Positions 28,336 to 51,882 of a DNA stretch of 64,000 nucleotides are shown here, one piece after another. The translations under genes were made by a program, and so were the position numbers. The DNA is taken from positions 3,162,001 to 3,226,000 of the forward strand of contig CM022667.1 of assembly GCA_012295275.1 (NCBI GenBank), written 5' to 3'. Under the pieces are notes generated by a model. It was given only the letters and a program-made list of their open reading frames with translations. It had not been told where the DNA came from and did no database searches. Origin of the DNA: Chrysomallon squamiferum (taxonomy: Eukaryota > Animalia > Mollusca). The stretch's first letter is position 1, and each line of letters starts with the position of its first letter.

Positions 28336-28604
28336 AAGTAAGTTGTGTTTTTTAAAGACTTAATGTTCTGATTTTCACGTCGTCAAATCAACTTTTTTGT
28401 TTTCGTCTCTAAACACTGACGTCTGCGCTGTTACAAACAACTCCAAGTAGTTGAAAGTTTCACTGGTCAAAATAAAACATGCAAATGTCAGAGACAACAA
28501 AAATGTATTTATTTATATCAAATAATATTTCAACAGTTAAATATGTCACACAGTCAGTTATTATTGTAAGTTTGTGTTTGCGTGTTTAATCTTTTTCTTT
28601 TAGT

Positions 28605-28831
28605 AAATCACGACATCTCCTCTTGTTAGTTACAGAAAATTACTGTAAGCAGTCAATTCTGAAGTTGTGTTTGTTGTTCTTTTCAAGAGTTTTAATGTTC
28701 TGCACGCGCAGTTCAATACTGTCGTTTGCTTTCAGTTCAAACAACGCGCCTTGGTAAATGTGTTTATATTATTTTTATTACTATTACTACTTCTACTTGC
28801 TACTACTACTACTATTATTTCTGTTTCTATT

Positions 28832-28865
<34 letters not shown>

Positions 28866-29030
28866 GTAGTAGTAGTAGTAGTAGTAGTAGTAGCAGCAGT
28901 AGTAACATTAAATTCACAAAAATTAACGAAAGCAATAAATTTCGAAGTTGTATTTGTTATTCTTCTTTTGAAGCTTTTCAATGTTCTGCACGCGCAGTTC
29001 AATTCTGTCTGCTTTCAGTTCAATCAGCAG
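28605..29030 (-). pseudogene. Two partial, scrambled copies of the 3' end of the TNF THD exon
   Basis: 28640-28754 and ~28923-29023 repeat gttctgcacgcgcagttcaat...gctttcagttcaa and the stop/3'UTR junction of exon 4, separated by (AAT)n/(AGT)n. Confidence 0.65.
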
Positions 29031-29156
29031 ATTTATTTTGCGGCTAATAATAGAGTAATAAACAGTTAAATATGTCACTGAGAAAAAAAACTGTTAGCGT
29101 GTTTAATCAATTTCTTTTAGTAAATCACGACATCTCCAGTTGTTAATTATAGAAAA

Positions 29157-31968
<2,812 letters not shown>

Positions 31969-32377
31969 TTCTTTTTTTTTTCTTTCTTTCCTTTTTTGAT
32001 CACAGAAAACTCGTATATCGCCTAGATACAAACTGCCTTCGATGATTGTTCGTTTGATGTTTTGTTTTAAGAACGGTTTCTCACTAAAGAAATGTTTATA
32101 CACAATATCGTCGTATCCAACAAGTCGGGTCAGATATGGCACTTTGCCAGTTATGTTTAAACCAATCGCAGTAGTCGTAGTGGGGATTTACCTATGATCT
32201 AATGATTATTTTCTGACTAACAAAATGGCGTATGAAGGAAATAATTTTTGTTTTGTTTTGTTTTTCCTGGAAATGACCTGGGGATTTACTTTACTGCTAA
32301 TAATAAAACAATATGGCGGATACTGATTGATTTAGTGGGACCTGGGAACACCTCAAAGTGGAAATTATATCAAATGA

Positions 32378-32417
<40 letters not shown>

Positions 32418-32638
32418 CTGCATTTCTTCGAACACAATAATAAGTAAGGGTTGTTACAATGATTATTATTATTATTTATTTTCATAGAAAAGAGTTGGGG
32501 TTTATCCACCCAGCTAAAAATAGATTACTGAGAATTGCTGTGATTCATATGTGAAAGTCTTCATATCTGACCTTATCAGTGAATATGTTAAGTTCAGTTT
32601 ATTAAACACCTTTAAATAAAATCAACATAATTTAATAC

Positions 32639-32713
<75 letters not shown>

Positions 32714-33214
32714 CTTTTCATATCTTCAAATTACATTTACATTCATTTGCGCTAGACCATTCACATGTTTGTGTTGTGTTTGCGTGTACGTGTGTGTGTG
32801 TGTCAGTAAATAAGTAAGTTGTGTTTTTTAAAGACTTAATGTTCTGATTTCCACGTCGTCAAATCAACTTTTTTGTTTTCCTCTCCAAACACTGATGTCT
32901 GCGCTGTTACAAACAACTCCATGTAGTTGAAAGTTTCACTGGTCAAAATAAAACATGCAAATATCAGAGAGAACAATAATGTCTTTATTTATATAAAATA
33001 ATATTTGCTAAACAGTTAAAAAAAATATGTCAAGAAACAAAATGAAGAAGGTAGAAACATTAATTTAAAAATATAAATAGGTTATGAAAATGTTTAACTG
33101 AGAAATAATCCTATATAAATTAACATAAATCTCAAAAAAAAAAAAAAATAAATAAATTAATTAAATTACTACTTCTACTTGACATTTCCTATTATTTCTG
33201 TTATTTATAATAAA

Positions 33215-33654
33215 ATTAATGAAATAATCAAGAAATTCCGAATTTGTGTTTGTTCTTTTTACTTGTCAACCTTTTATAAATGTTCTGCACGCGCAGTTCA
33301 ATAATGTCGTAGTAGCTTTCAGTTCAAACAACGCACCTTGGTGAATAATGGGAATAGTAAAGGCTGCTGGTACAAATCTGATGACGTCACCTTACACTGA
33401 GAGTGGGCAAAGTTCGAATAGTAATTTCTCTTCAATGTGGTTCTCGCCATTCCTAAGCCAGATGGAATGAGTGAAAACAGTTAAATATGTCTTCTTGTGT
33501 TTGTGTTTGCGTTTTTAAATTGTTCACGAAAACAAGATGGGTGTAAATAAAAACACGTCCCAGGCTTTTTTCTTTTCTTGTCGGCCATCTTTGTACGTCA
33601 TATTCTTCCCAATGAATGAAAAGGGCTTGTTTCCAATGGAGTTTATTTTGTCCA

Positions 33655-33691
<37 letters not shown>

Positions 33692-33786
33692 TGAATAACA
33701 AGATGGGCGTAAATAATAACAATCCCATTTTACTTGAATGCTCTTTGTACTCATAGTCTTCTCTCTCTCTCTCTCTCTCTCTCTCC

Positions 33787-33848
<62 letters not shown>

Positions 33849-34199
33849 TTCATACACATGTACACATCCACATTAAAGCTAGACAACCTAATAAACAGAC
33901 TGATAAATTATTATTATTATCATTATTATTATTATATTACAATAAATAGCTAATATGGTAATATAATGAACATATTTGTCATTTAAAAATGATATTTAAT
34001 ATTTTAATAAAACATTACTGTTTAACCTCTAATGAACTTTGACCTCACCTGACTTCAACCAGTCAATTTCGCGTAGATGTGCTGAGCGGTCATTCTCCCC
34101 ATTAAAACGTAATTCAGAATCTGAAAAATAAAACATACATTGACATATGTATACATCAATCTATTTATGTTTGTATGGATATATATTTAATACGTATGA

Positions 34200-34232
<33 letters not shown>

Positions 34233-34314
34233 CTTAAATACATATCTGTTTTCTATTTTCTGGGTTTTTATATATATATTCATGTATGTGTGTGTTTGTA
34301 TGGATATATGTTTA

Positions 34315-34374
<60 letters not shown>

Positions 34375-34931
34375 GTCACAAATGTCAGTTTTTATTTCGA
34401 AACTTATTAAGAATATTATTTTATATTAAGAATGATTTAGTACTCACTTTTGGCTCTGTTTTGCTGGTACTGTGTTTCTGCAAACTGCGAATAAATAGAA
34501 TTGAACAAAAGAATCAACATATTTTGGTCGATATGTAAGAGTATACAAACATACATACATACACACACATACATTACACACATACATACATACATACATA
34601 TATACATACATACATACATATATATATACATACACAGATACATAATACATACATAGATACATACATACATACTTACATACATACATACATACATATATAC
34701 ATAGACACATACTTACATACATACGTACATACGCATATATATATATATATATATATATATTCATACATATATACATACATACAATGTTTCAACATATACG
34801 TACGTTCGTACCTATTTACCTCATTTTTATTTCATAAATTAATTTATTCTTTGTTTACAGATTAATTTTGTAAACCCTATTGTTTCAATAGAGCAGTTCG
34901 GAATTAGTAGTTGTAATAATAATAATACAAA

Positions 34932-34972
<41 letters not shown>

Positions 34973-35650
34973 TAATAGCAGAAGTAGCAGTTGTAATAGT
35001 GGTAAGAGTAACAACAGCAGCAACAGTAACAGCAGAAAGAGATGTATTAGTAGTAGCAGTAGTACTAGTAGTAATTTTAGAAGTAGTAGTAGCAGTAGAA
35101 TTAATAGTATTAATAGCAATAACGGTGATACTAATAAGTAGTAATGGTAATGTTAGTAGAATCATTAGTAATAGTAGTTGAGGTGGTATTACTAGAAGAA
35201 GTAATATTATTGTAGCTGTAGTGTTAGTATTAGTAGTAGCAGTAGTTGCAGTGGTAGTAGTATTATTAGTTGTAGTAGTAGTAGTAGTATTAGCTGTAGT
35301 AACAATTCCTATAGCAGTAGTAAATTATTTTGTCAATGTCTGCGTACATTGTATAACATTGTTTAACATTGTTTAACTGAGTAATCATTTAACTTTATGC
35401 TTTGTTGCTTTTTTATTTTTTTTTTTTTTTTTCTTTTTTTCTTTTCTTTTTTATTTTTTTTTTTTTTTTTTCTCCTTAAGAATTAATAATTATTGTTAAT
35501 CTTTTAATTCAGTGGAGGAATCGATTCCATTATCTTGCTTATGAAGGGAGATATCAGAATTTAATGAACTTCGATTACTATATTTGTTTCAGTAATGCTT
35601 ATCAAATTACAATAATTAAAAACACAATGTAAAAATCGAAATAAATAAAA

Positions 35651-35685
<35 letters not shown>

Positions 35686-35933
35686 AAATAGAAAATCAGA
35701 ATGTGAAAATCAAAAGATTTCTCCAAACATTTTTTTTATTATCGCGCTTTATCTGATCAAATTATTCTTCACGTAAAAATGATAAAAATAAGCTTTATGG
35801 CAAATCCCATATCTAATTTTAGATCACTGAAAAACCTGTTCCCGTTCTAAAAATAGTATATTACGGCTAACGTAACATCCGATTTATAAATAAATATAAA
35901 CCTTTAATAACAACAAGAACATCAACAACACCA

Positions 35934-35976
<43 letters not shown>

Positions 35977-36541
35977 TAATAATAATAATAAAAATAATAA
36001 TAAAAATAAAAACCTTTGTTGCGATGTCGATCAGGTTTTTCTCACCACCAGGACAGCACATATTTCCATCTTCTCGAACGTCGAAGTCGTAGATGTTGTC
36101 AATGTTGTCATCGTCGGTGAGATACACATCTTTGCACGGAATGCAGACGTCGTCGTCCCATTGCACAACGGTTTGACGTTGTGACTCCACACGTTTTGGA
36201 ATGAAAACACAGCTACAACTATGATCAGTAAAATGTTGATGACAGCAAAAAGCAGAATGACCTGTATCCAGAATTTATTTTTCTCTTTTTCTGTTTCTTT
36301 TTCTTTGTCACATTTTTTCACGCACATTTTCTCTTGGCGCACATTTTGTGACACGATTGACAAAACCTTCTAAAATGTTTTCTCTATTTGGTTTGATGAG
36401 TGGTGTGTTACTGTCATCACTGCCACCTGAACTGTTGCTACCTGAACTGCCAACTGAATCGCTGCTACCTGAACTGGTCTGTTCTGCGTTACGCTGTTCC
36501 CCTTCTTTGTTTGGTATCAAACTTTCGTTGTTACGCTCCAT
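33215..36541 (-). pseudogene. TNF superfamily ligand-like, copy 2 (disrupted as assembled)
   Basis: Exon 1 (36014-36541) is nearly identical to copy 3 but has +1 T at 36313-36318 (giving a stop at 36308-36310) and -1 A near 36204. Exons 2 (34448-34484) and 3 (34049-34120) are intact. Exon 4 (~33215-33655) carries many small insertions. This is either a real pseudogene or a consensus artefact. Confidence 0.7.
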
Positions 36542-36888
36542 TTCTTTTTTGATCACAGAAAACTCGTATATTTGTTATAAGAACGGTGTCTGACTAATGA
36601 AATGTTTAAACACGATATCGTCGTATCCAACAAGTCGGGTCAGATATGGCACTTTGCCAGTTATGTTTAAACCAATCGCAGTAGTCGTAGTGGGGATTTA
36701 CCTATGATCTAATGATTGTTTTCTGACTAACAGAATGGCGTATAAAGGAAAAACATTTTGTTTTGTTTTGTTTTTCCTGGAAATTACGTGGGGATTTTTT
36801 TTTACTGCTAATAATAAAACAATATGGCGGATACTGATTGATTTAATGGGACCTGGGAACACCTCAAAGTGGAAATTATATCAAATGA

Positions 36889-36920
<32 letters not shown>

Positions 36921-37141
36921 CTGCATTTCTTCGAACACAATAATAAGTAAGGGTTGTTACAATGATTATTATTATTATTTCTTTTCATAGAAAAGCGTTG
37001 GGGTTTATCCACCCAGCTAAAAATAGATTACTGAGAATTGCTATGATTCATATGTGAAAGGTTTCGTAACTGATCTTATCAGTGAATATGTTAAGTTCAG
37101 TTTATTAAACACCTTTAAATAAAATCAACATAATTTAATAC

Positions 37142-37213
<72 letters not shown>

Positions 37214-37682
37214 TTTTTTCATATCTTCAAATTACATTTACATTCATTTGCGCTAAACCATTCACATGTTTGTGTCTTTATTTGCGTGCACGCGTGCACG
37301 TGTGTGTGTATGTCAGTAAGTAAATAAGTTGTGTTTTTTAAAGACTTAATGTTCTGATTTTCACGTCGTCAAATCAACTTTTTTGTTTTCGTCTCTAAAC
37401 ACTGACGTCTGCGCTGTTACAAACAACTCCAAGTAGTTGAAAGTTTCACTGGTCAAAATAAAACATGCAACTATCAGAGAGAACAATAAATGTCTTTATT
37501 TATATAAAATAATATCTAAACAGTTAAATATGTCACACTGAGAAAGAAACATTAATTTAAATATACGTTGAAAATGTTAAACTGAGAAATAATCCTATAT
37601 AAATTAACATAAATCTCAAAAAAAAAAAAAAAAAATAATAAAAAAAAAAATCACGACATTTCCACTTGTTAGTTACAGAAAA

Positions 37683-40893
<3,211 letters not shown>

Positions 40894-41240
40894 TTCTTTT
40901 TTGATCACAGAAAACTCGTATATTTGTTATAAGAACGGTGTCTGACTAATGAAATGTTTAAACACGATATCGTCGTATCCAACAAGTCGGGTCAGATATG
41001 GCACTTTGCCAGTTATGTTTAAACCAATCGCAGTAGTCGTAGTGGGGATTTACCTATGATCTAATGATTGTTTTCTGACTAACAGAATGGCGTATAAAGG
41101 AAAAACATTTTGTTTTGTTTTGTTTTTCCTGGAAATTACGTGGGGATTTTTTTTTACTGCTAATAATAAAACAATATGGCGGATACTGATTGATTTAATG
41201 GGACCTGGGAACACCTCAAAGTGGAAATTATATCAAATGA

Positions 41241-41272
<32 letters not shown>

Positions 41273-41493
41273 CTGCATTTCTTCGAACACAATAATAAGT
41301 AAGGGTTGTTACAATGATTATTATTATTATTTCTTTTCATAGAAAAGCGTTGGGGTTTATCCACCCAGCTAAAAATAGATTACTGAGAATTGCTATGATT
41401 CATATGTGAAAGGTTTCGTAACTGATCTTATCAGTGAATATGTTAAGTTCAGTTTATTAAACACCTTTAAATAAAATCAACATAATTTAATAC

Positions 41494-41571
<78 letters not shown>

Positions 41572-41974
41572 TTTTTTCATATCTTCAAATTACATTTACA
41601 TTCATTTGCGCTAAACCATTCACATGTTTGTGTCTTTATTTGCGTGCACGCGTGCACGTGTGTGTGTATGTCAGTAAGTAAATAAGTTATGTTTTTTAAA
41701 GACTTAATGTTCTGATTTTCACGTCGTCAAATCAACTTTTTTGTTTTCGTCTCTAAACACTGACGTCTGCGCTGTTACAAACAACTCCAAGTAGTTGAAA
41801 GTTTCACTGGTCAAAATAAAACATGCAACTATCAGAGAGAACAATAAATGTCTTTATTTATATAAAATAATATCTAAACAGTTAAATATGTCACACTGAG
41901 AAAGAAACATTAATTTAAATATATGTTGAAAATGTTAAACTGAGAAATAATCCTATATAAATTAACATAAATCT

Positions 41975-42008
<34 letters not shown>

Positions 42009-42037
42009 CGACATTTCCACTTGTTAGTTATAGAAAA

Positions 42038-42450
42038 TTACTGAAAGCAAGAAATTCCGAAGTTGTGTTTGTTCTTTTTCTTGTCAACCTTTTCAATCTT
42101 CTGCACGCGCAGTTCAATACTGTCGCCAGCTTTCAGTTCAAACAACGCACCTTGGTGAGTGGGAGTAAAGGCTGCTGGTACATCTGATGACGTCACCTTA
42201 CACTGAGAGTGGGAAAGTTCGAGTAATTTCTCTTCGTGGTTCTCGCCATTCCTAAGCCAGATGGAATGAGTAAAAGTTGCGTCTTCTTGTGTTTGGTTGT
42301 TCACGAAAACAAGATGGGTGTAAATAAAACACGTCCCAGGCTTTTTTAGTTGAATGCGGCCATCTTTGTACGTCATATTCTTCCCAATGAATGAAGAGGC
42401 TTGTTTCCAATGGAGTTTATTTTGTCCACCTGAATAATAATAATAATAAC

Positions 42451-42510
<60 letters not shown>

Positions 42511-42517
42511 TGTTTAG

Positions 42518-42609
<92 letters not shown>

Positions 42610-42949
42610 CATACACATGTACACATCCACATTAAAGCTAGACAACCTAATAAACAGACTGATAAATTATTATTATTATCATTATTATTATTATATTACA
42701 ATAAATAGCTAATATGGTAATATAATGAACATATTTGTCATTTAAAATGATATTTAATATTGTAATAAAACATTACTGTTTAACCTCTAATGAACTTTGA
42801 CCTCACCTGACTTCAACCAGTCAATTTCGCGTAGATGTGCTGAGCGGTCATTCTCCCCATTAAAACGTAATTCAGAATCTGAAAAATAAAACATACATTG
42901 ACATATGTATACATCAGTCTATGTATATGTTTGTATGGATATATGTTTA

Positions 42950-43003
<54 letters not shown>

Positions 43004-43299
43004 CGGTCACAAATGTCAGTTTTTATTTCGAAACTTATTAAGAATATTATTTTATATTAATAATGATTTAGTACTCACTTTTGGCTCTGTTTTGCTGGTA
43101 CTGTGTTTCTGCAAACTGCGAATAAATAGAATTGAACAAAAGAATCAACATATTTTGGTCAATATGTAAGAGTATACATATATACAAACATACACACATT
43201 CATTCACAGATACATAATACATACATAGATACATACATACATACATATATATATACATACACAGATATACATACATACATACATACATACATACATACA

Positions 43300-43335
<36 letters not shown>

Positions 43336-43593
43336 CATAGACACATACATACATACATACATATATACATAGACACATACTTACATACATACGTACATAC
43401 GCATATATATATATATATATATTCATACATATATACATACATACAATGTTTCAACATATACGTACGTTCGTACCTATTTACCTCATTTTTATTTCATAAA
43501 TTAATTTATTCTTTGTTTACAGATTAATTTTGTAAACCCTATTGTTTCAATAGAGCAGTTCGGAATTAGTAGTTGTAATAATAGAAATAAAAA

Positions 43594-43676
<83 letters not shown>

Positions 43677-44699
43677 TAATAGCAGAAGTAGCAGTTGTAA
43701 TAGTGGTAAGAGTAACAACAGCAGCAACAGTAACAGCAGAAAGAGATGTATTAGTAGTAGCAGTAGTACTAGTAGTAATTTTAGAAGTAGTAGTAGCAGT
43801 AGAATTAATAGTATTAATAGCAATAACGGTAATACTAATAAGTAGTACTGGTAATATTAGTAGCATCATTAGTAATAGTAGTTGAGGTGGTATTACTAGA
43901 AGAAGTAATATTATTATAGGTGTAGTGTTAGTATTAGTAGTAGAAGTAGTTGCAGTGGTAGTAGTATTATTATTAGTAGTAGTAGTAGAAGTAGTTGCAG
44001 CGGTAGTATTAGTAGTAGTAATCGTTGTAGACACAGTGGTAGCGTTGTTAGTTGTAGTGGTAGTAGTAGTAGTAGCTGTAGTAACAATTCCTATAGTAGT
44101 AGTAAATTATTTTGTCAATGTCTGCGTACATTGTATAACATTGTTTAACGTTGTTTAACTGAGTAATCATTTAACTTTATACTTTGTTGCTTTTTTTATT
44201 ATTATTATTTTTATTTTATTTTTCTTTTCTTTTCTATTTTTTTTTTTTCCTCTAAGAATGAATCATTATTGTTAATCTTTTAATTCAGTGGAGGAATCGA
44301 TTCCATTATCTTGCTTATGAAGGGAGATATCAGAATTTAATGAACTTCGATTACTATATTTGTTTCAGTAATGCTTATCAAATTACAATAATTAAAAACA
44401 CAAAGTAAAAATCGAAATATCTAAAAATTAATAATAATAATAATAATAATAATACAAATAGAAAATCAGAATGTGAAAATCAAAAGATTTCTCCAAACAT
44501 TTTATTATCGCGCTTTATCTGATCAAATTATTCTTCACGTAAAAATGATAAAAATAAGCTTTATGGCAAATCCCATATCTAATTTTAGATCACTGAAAAA
44601 CCTGTTCCCGTTCTAAAAATAGTATATTACGGCTAACGTAACATCCGATTTATAAATAAATATAAACCTTTAATAACAACAAGAACATCAACAACACCA

Positions 44700-44745
<46 letters not shown>

Positions 44746-45286
44746 TAATAATAATAATAAAAATAAAAATAAAAATAAAAATAAAAACCTTTGTTGCGAT
44801 GTCGATCAGGTTTTTCTCACCACCAGGACAGCACAAATTTCCATCTTGTCGAACGTCGAAGTTGTAGATGTTGTCAATGTTGTCATCGTCGGTGAGATAA
44901 ACATCTTTGCACGGAATGCAGACGTCGTCGTCCCATTGCACAACGGTTTGACGTTGTGACTGCACACGTTTTGGAATGAAAAACACAGCTACAACTATGA
45001 TCAGTGAAATGTCGATGACAGCAAAAACCAGAATGACCTGTGTCCAGAATTTATTTTTCTCTTTTTCTGTTTCTTTTTCTTTGTCACATTTTTCACGCAC
45101 GTTTTCTCTTGGCGCACATTTTGTGACAGGATTGACAAAACATTCTAAATTTTCCTTTCTATTTGGTTTGATGAGTGGTGTGTTACTGTCATCACTGCCA
45201 CCTGAACTGCTGCTACCTAAACTGCCAACTGAATCACGCTGTTTCCCTTCTTCGTTTTCTAACAAACTTTTGATGTTAGGATACAT
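42038..45286 (-). CDS. TNF superfamily ligand-like, copy 4 (intact, 332 aa)
   Basis: Exons 44789-45286, 43079-43115, 42807-42878 and 42038-42429 join in frame. TM, stalk and THD architecture match copy 5 (RSAHLREIDW, THQGALFELKAGDSIELRV, HNFG). Confidence 0.88.
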
Positions 45287-45469
45287 TTCTTTATTCTCAC
45301 AGAAAACTTGTTTAGATGCTCAGACTGCGAACTGGTTGTTTGTTTGATGTTTGTTGTAAGACGCTGTCTCACTAATGAAATGTTTATACACAATATCGTC
45401 GTATCCAACAATTCGGGTCAGATATGGCACTTTGCCAATTATGTTTAAACCAATCGCAGTAGTCGTAGT

Positions 45470-45560
45470 GGGGATTTTCCTATGATCTAATGATTGTTTT
45501 CTAACCAATAGAATGGCGTATGAAGGAAGTAATTTTTGTTTTGTTTTGTTTTTCCTGGAA
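45470..45560. promoter_or_regulatory. Candidate NF-kB site (GGGATTTTCC, 45471-45480) and STAT/GAS site (TTCCTGGAA, 45552-45560) upstream of TNF copy 4
   Basis: Exact matches to GGGRNWYYCC and TTCNNNGAA, ~190-270 bp 5' of the ATG. Homologous positions in copies 1-3 carry GGGGATTTACC and TTCCTGGAA (32182/32264, 36692/36774, 41044/41126). Confidence 0.5.
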
Positions 45561-46970
45561 ATTACGTGGGGATTTTTTTTTACTGCTAATAATAAAACAA
45601 TATGGCGGATACTGATTGATTTAGTGGGACCTCGGAACACCTCAAAGTGGAAATTATATCAAATGATAAATAAATAAATAAATAAATAATCTGCATTTCT
45701 TCGAACACAATAATAAGTAAGGGTTGTTACAATGATTATTATTATTATTTCTTTTCATAGAAAAGCGTTGGGGTTTATCCACCCAGCTAAAAATAGATTA
45801 CTGAGAATTGCTATGATTCATATGTGAAAGGTTTCGTAACTGATCTTATCAGTGAATATGTTAAGTTCAGTTTATTAAACACGTTTAAATAAAATCAACA
45901 TAATTTAATACTAAATCTCTCTCTCTCTCTCTCTCTTTTTTCATATCTTCTGTGTTACATTTACATTCATTTGCGTTTTGTAACCATTCACATGTTTTTG
46001 TTTTCTGTATTTAAACACTGATGTCTGCGCACAAACAACTCCAAGTAGTTGAAAGTTTCACTGGTCAAAATAAAACATGCAACTGTCAGCTAAGTTTATA
46101 TCAAATAATATCTCAACAGTTTTGTCACACTGTAAATAACACTGTCTAAACGGTTAAATATGTGTTCCGATTTTCACGTCGTCAAAATCAAATTTTTTAA
46201 ATTTTCGTCTCTAAACACTAAATATGTCGACTGCGCTGTTACAAAAATATAACTCCATGTAGTTGAAAGTTTCACTGGTCTGAAAATAAAACATGTCACA
46301 CTGAGAAATGTCAGAACAGAAAAAATAAATGTCTTTATTTTTATCAAATGTTTGTTTTGTTAAAATTGTTACAAAATTGTAACAAAAAGAAAAATACATG
46401 TAAATATCAGATATAAAAATCATACTTTATTTAGAAATGTTTCTTTTTGTGAAGAAGGTAGCAACTGACAATAATATTAAACAATGTAAAAAACAAAATG
46501 AAGAAATAGGTACGTATGTATAAAAATAAAATAGGTACGTATGTGTTTTTATCTAGCTATTTTGATTTAGCATTGACATAATCCATTAATGTAGCTAACT
46601 ATGTTACACTGAGAAACACAAATGTCTAAACAGTTAAATATCTGTTATTATTATTACTATTACTACTTCTACTTGCTACTACTACTATTATTATTTCTGT
46701 TTCTATTTATAATAATAATAATAATGATAATAATCATCATGATGATAATAGTTATCATCTTAATCATCATCATCATTACTATTACTTTTATTATTATTAT
46801 TATAAATAGGAACAGTAATAATAATAATAGTGGTAAATAGTAATAGTAGCAATAATAGTAGCAGTAGTAGTAGTAATAGTAATAATAGCAATAGTAATAC
46901 TAAGTAGTAATAGTAGTAATAGTAATAATAGCAATAGTAAATCACATCTCCACTTGTTAGTTACAGAAAA

Positions 46971-50471
<3,501 letters not shown>

Positions 50472-50587
50472 TTCTTTTTTATCACAGAAAACTTGTATGT
50501 AGCTTAGGTACTCAAACCGCGTACTGCGATTTGTTCGTTTGACGTTTTCCAGTCGATGTGAAATCTGCGAACGATAACTCCAGGAAC

Positions 50588-50607
50588 AGTTTATATAGCA
50601 CGTCACT
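50588..50607 (-). promoter_or_regulatory. Candidate TATA box and ATF/CRE-like site for TNF copy 5
   Basis: The minus strand reads GTGACGTGCTATATAAAC about 120 bp upstream of the ATG at 50471. Confidence 0.4.
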
Positions 50608-51226
50608 TCTGTCAAAAAAAAAAAAAAAAAAAATAGTTCGTTGTTTCAGTAACAATAACTCTTTTTTTTTTTTTTTATATATATATATATATATTGTTCG
50701 AGAATAATTTAAGTGCACATCACATATATCTCTGTTATGTTTTAACATTAAAACATAAAGTTCATTTCGATTTCCAAACAATTTATTTTGTTTCAAAAAT
50801 GGCTACGAACAAAAACTAGTGCATGCTCCCGTCATATAATTCATATAATGCTATCTCCCTTATTCCGGTACCCTTAAACATCGTAAACTGTAACAATGTT
50901 AACCATAACACCATTTAGATACAACAATCTCAATTCTAAAACATGAGTTGAAGATGCATAATATTAAATGAAATTATGCAGTCATGCTTTATTTTATTTG
51001 TTCACCATTTGTAGATTTTACAAAATGTTATATTTAGCATTTTGATATCTGAAAACAGAACTTTTACAGCATTTTGTTGGAGAAAGAGTCCCAACAGACA
51101 CACCCTGATCCAGTAGCTGCAGATGGGAGTCGATGAACATCAGCAAGACCCCCACAAAGAAACGGCGATTACAGGAGATTTCAGTGGAAAGTAAAACAGA
51201 GTAGGTAATCCCATTTAAATCAGGAT

Positions 51227-51882
51227 CTAGTACCTGGCTTTTAAGTCACAGTTTCTCAGTTTTTCCATTTCGGCTGTATGGGTTTTGCATATTTGAAACA
51301 TCTTTTGCATGAGGTTAGTATTCGGATAAATCCGCTGAACATGCAAGTTTTTATTGATATACACTACAAAGTCACAAAACGTTGAGCAAGTTACCATCAG
51401 CTGTCCTTGAACCTGATCATAGTATTGATGATTTTGAGGCACGATAACTGAATTGCCTTCCCTTTTCAAAATAAAATGTTTAAATTCATAAACTGCTTGA
51501 TTAATTGTAAGATATCTGCCGGTATAACGGGAACTTTAGTTATTCAGTTATGCCACAAACATTGTTATCACAAGCTTTACCATCTGGGCTGTGACTTAAA
51601 AACTAATTTTTCTATTTACCTCTACTGTATATGTCTTGTATGATACATTTCAAGACACTAGGCTTTTGCTTTTAGTTCATTTCTTCTGCTATATTCTAAG
51701 GGAGCAGCTGATATATATTTGGTGTTAACTGGATTCTCCAAGAATTTTGAACATGGTACAGACATGAGTTGTAAAATTTTCCCCAAATTTGACGCTGTTA
51801 TTCGTTTGGCCCTTGATGTTTTCGTAAACTTGCAGCTTTCCTGTCCCTGCGTTTGGCTTTCCGATGATTCTGCATCAGCCAG
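51227..51882 (-). mobile_element. Degenerate YqaJ-like (lambda exonuclease/viral recombinase) ORF, DNA-transposon remnant
   Basis: The minus strand gives ESQTQGQ...RAKRITASNLGKI...APLEYSRRNELKA*, then SPDG, then NHQYYDQVQGQLMVTCSTFCDFVVY. These are the ordered motifs of animal transposon-associated YqaJ domains, broken by stops and frameshifts. No TIRs were identified. Confidence 0.75.

Noticed and set aside
31969-32142. Longer N-termini of TNF exon 1 ORFs in the ORF track (also 50472-50615 and 40894-40908)
   Set aside because: They start at non-ATG codons and are not conserved in frame across paralogs, whereas the aaagaaATG start is shared by all five copies.
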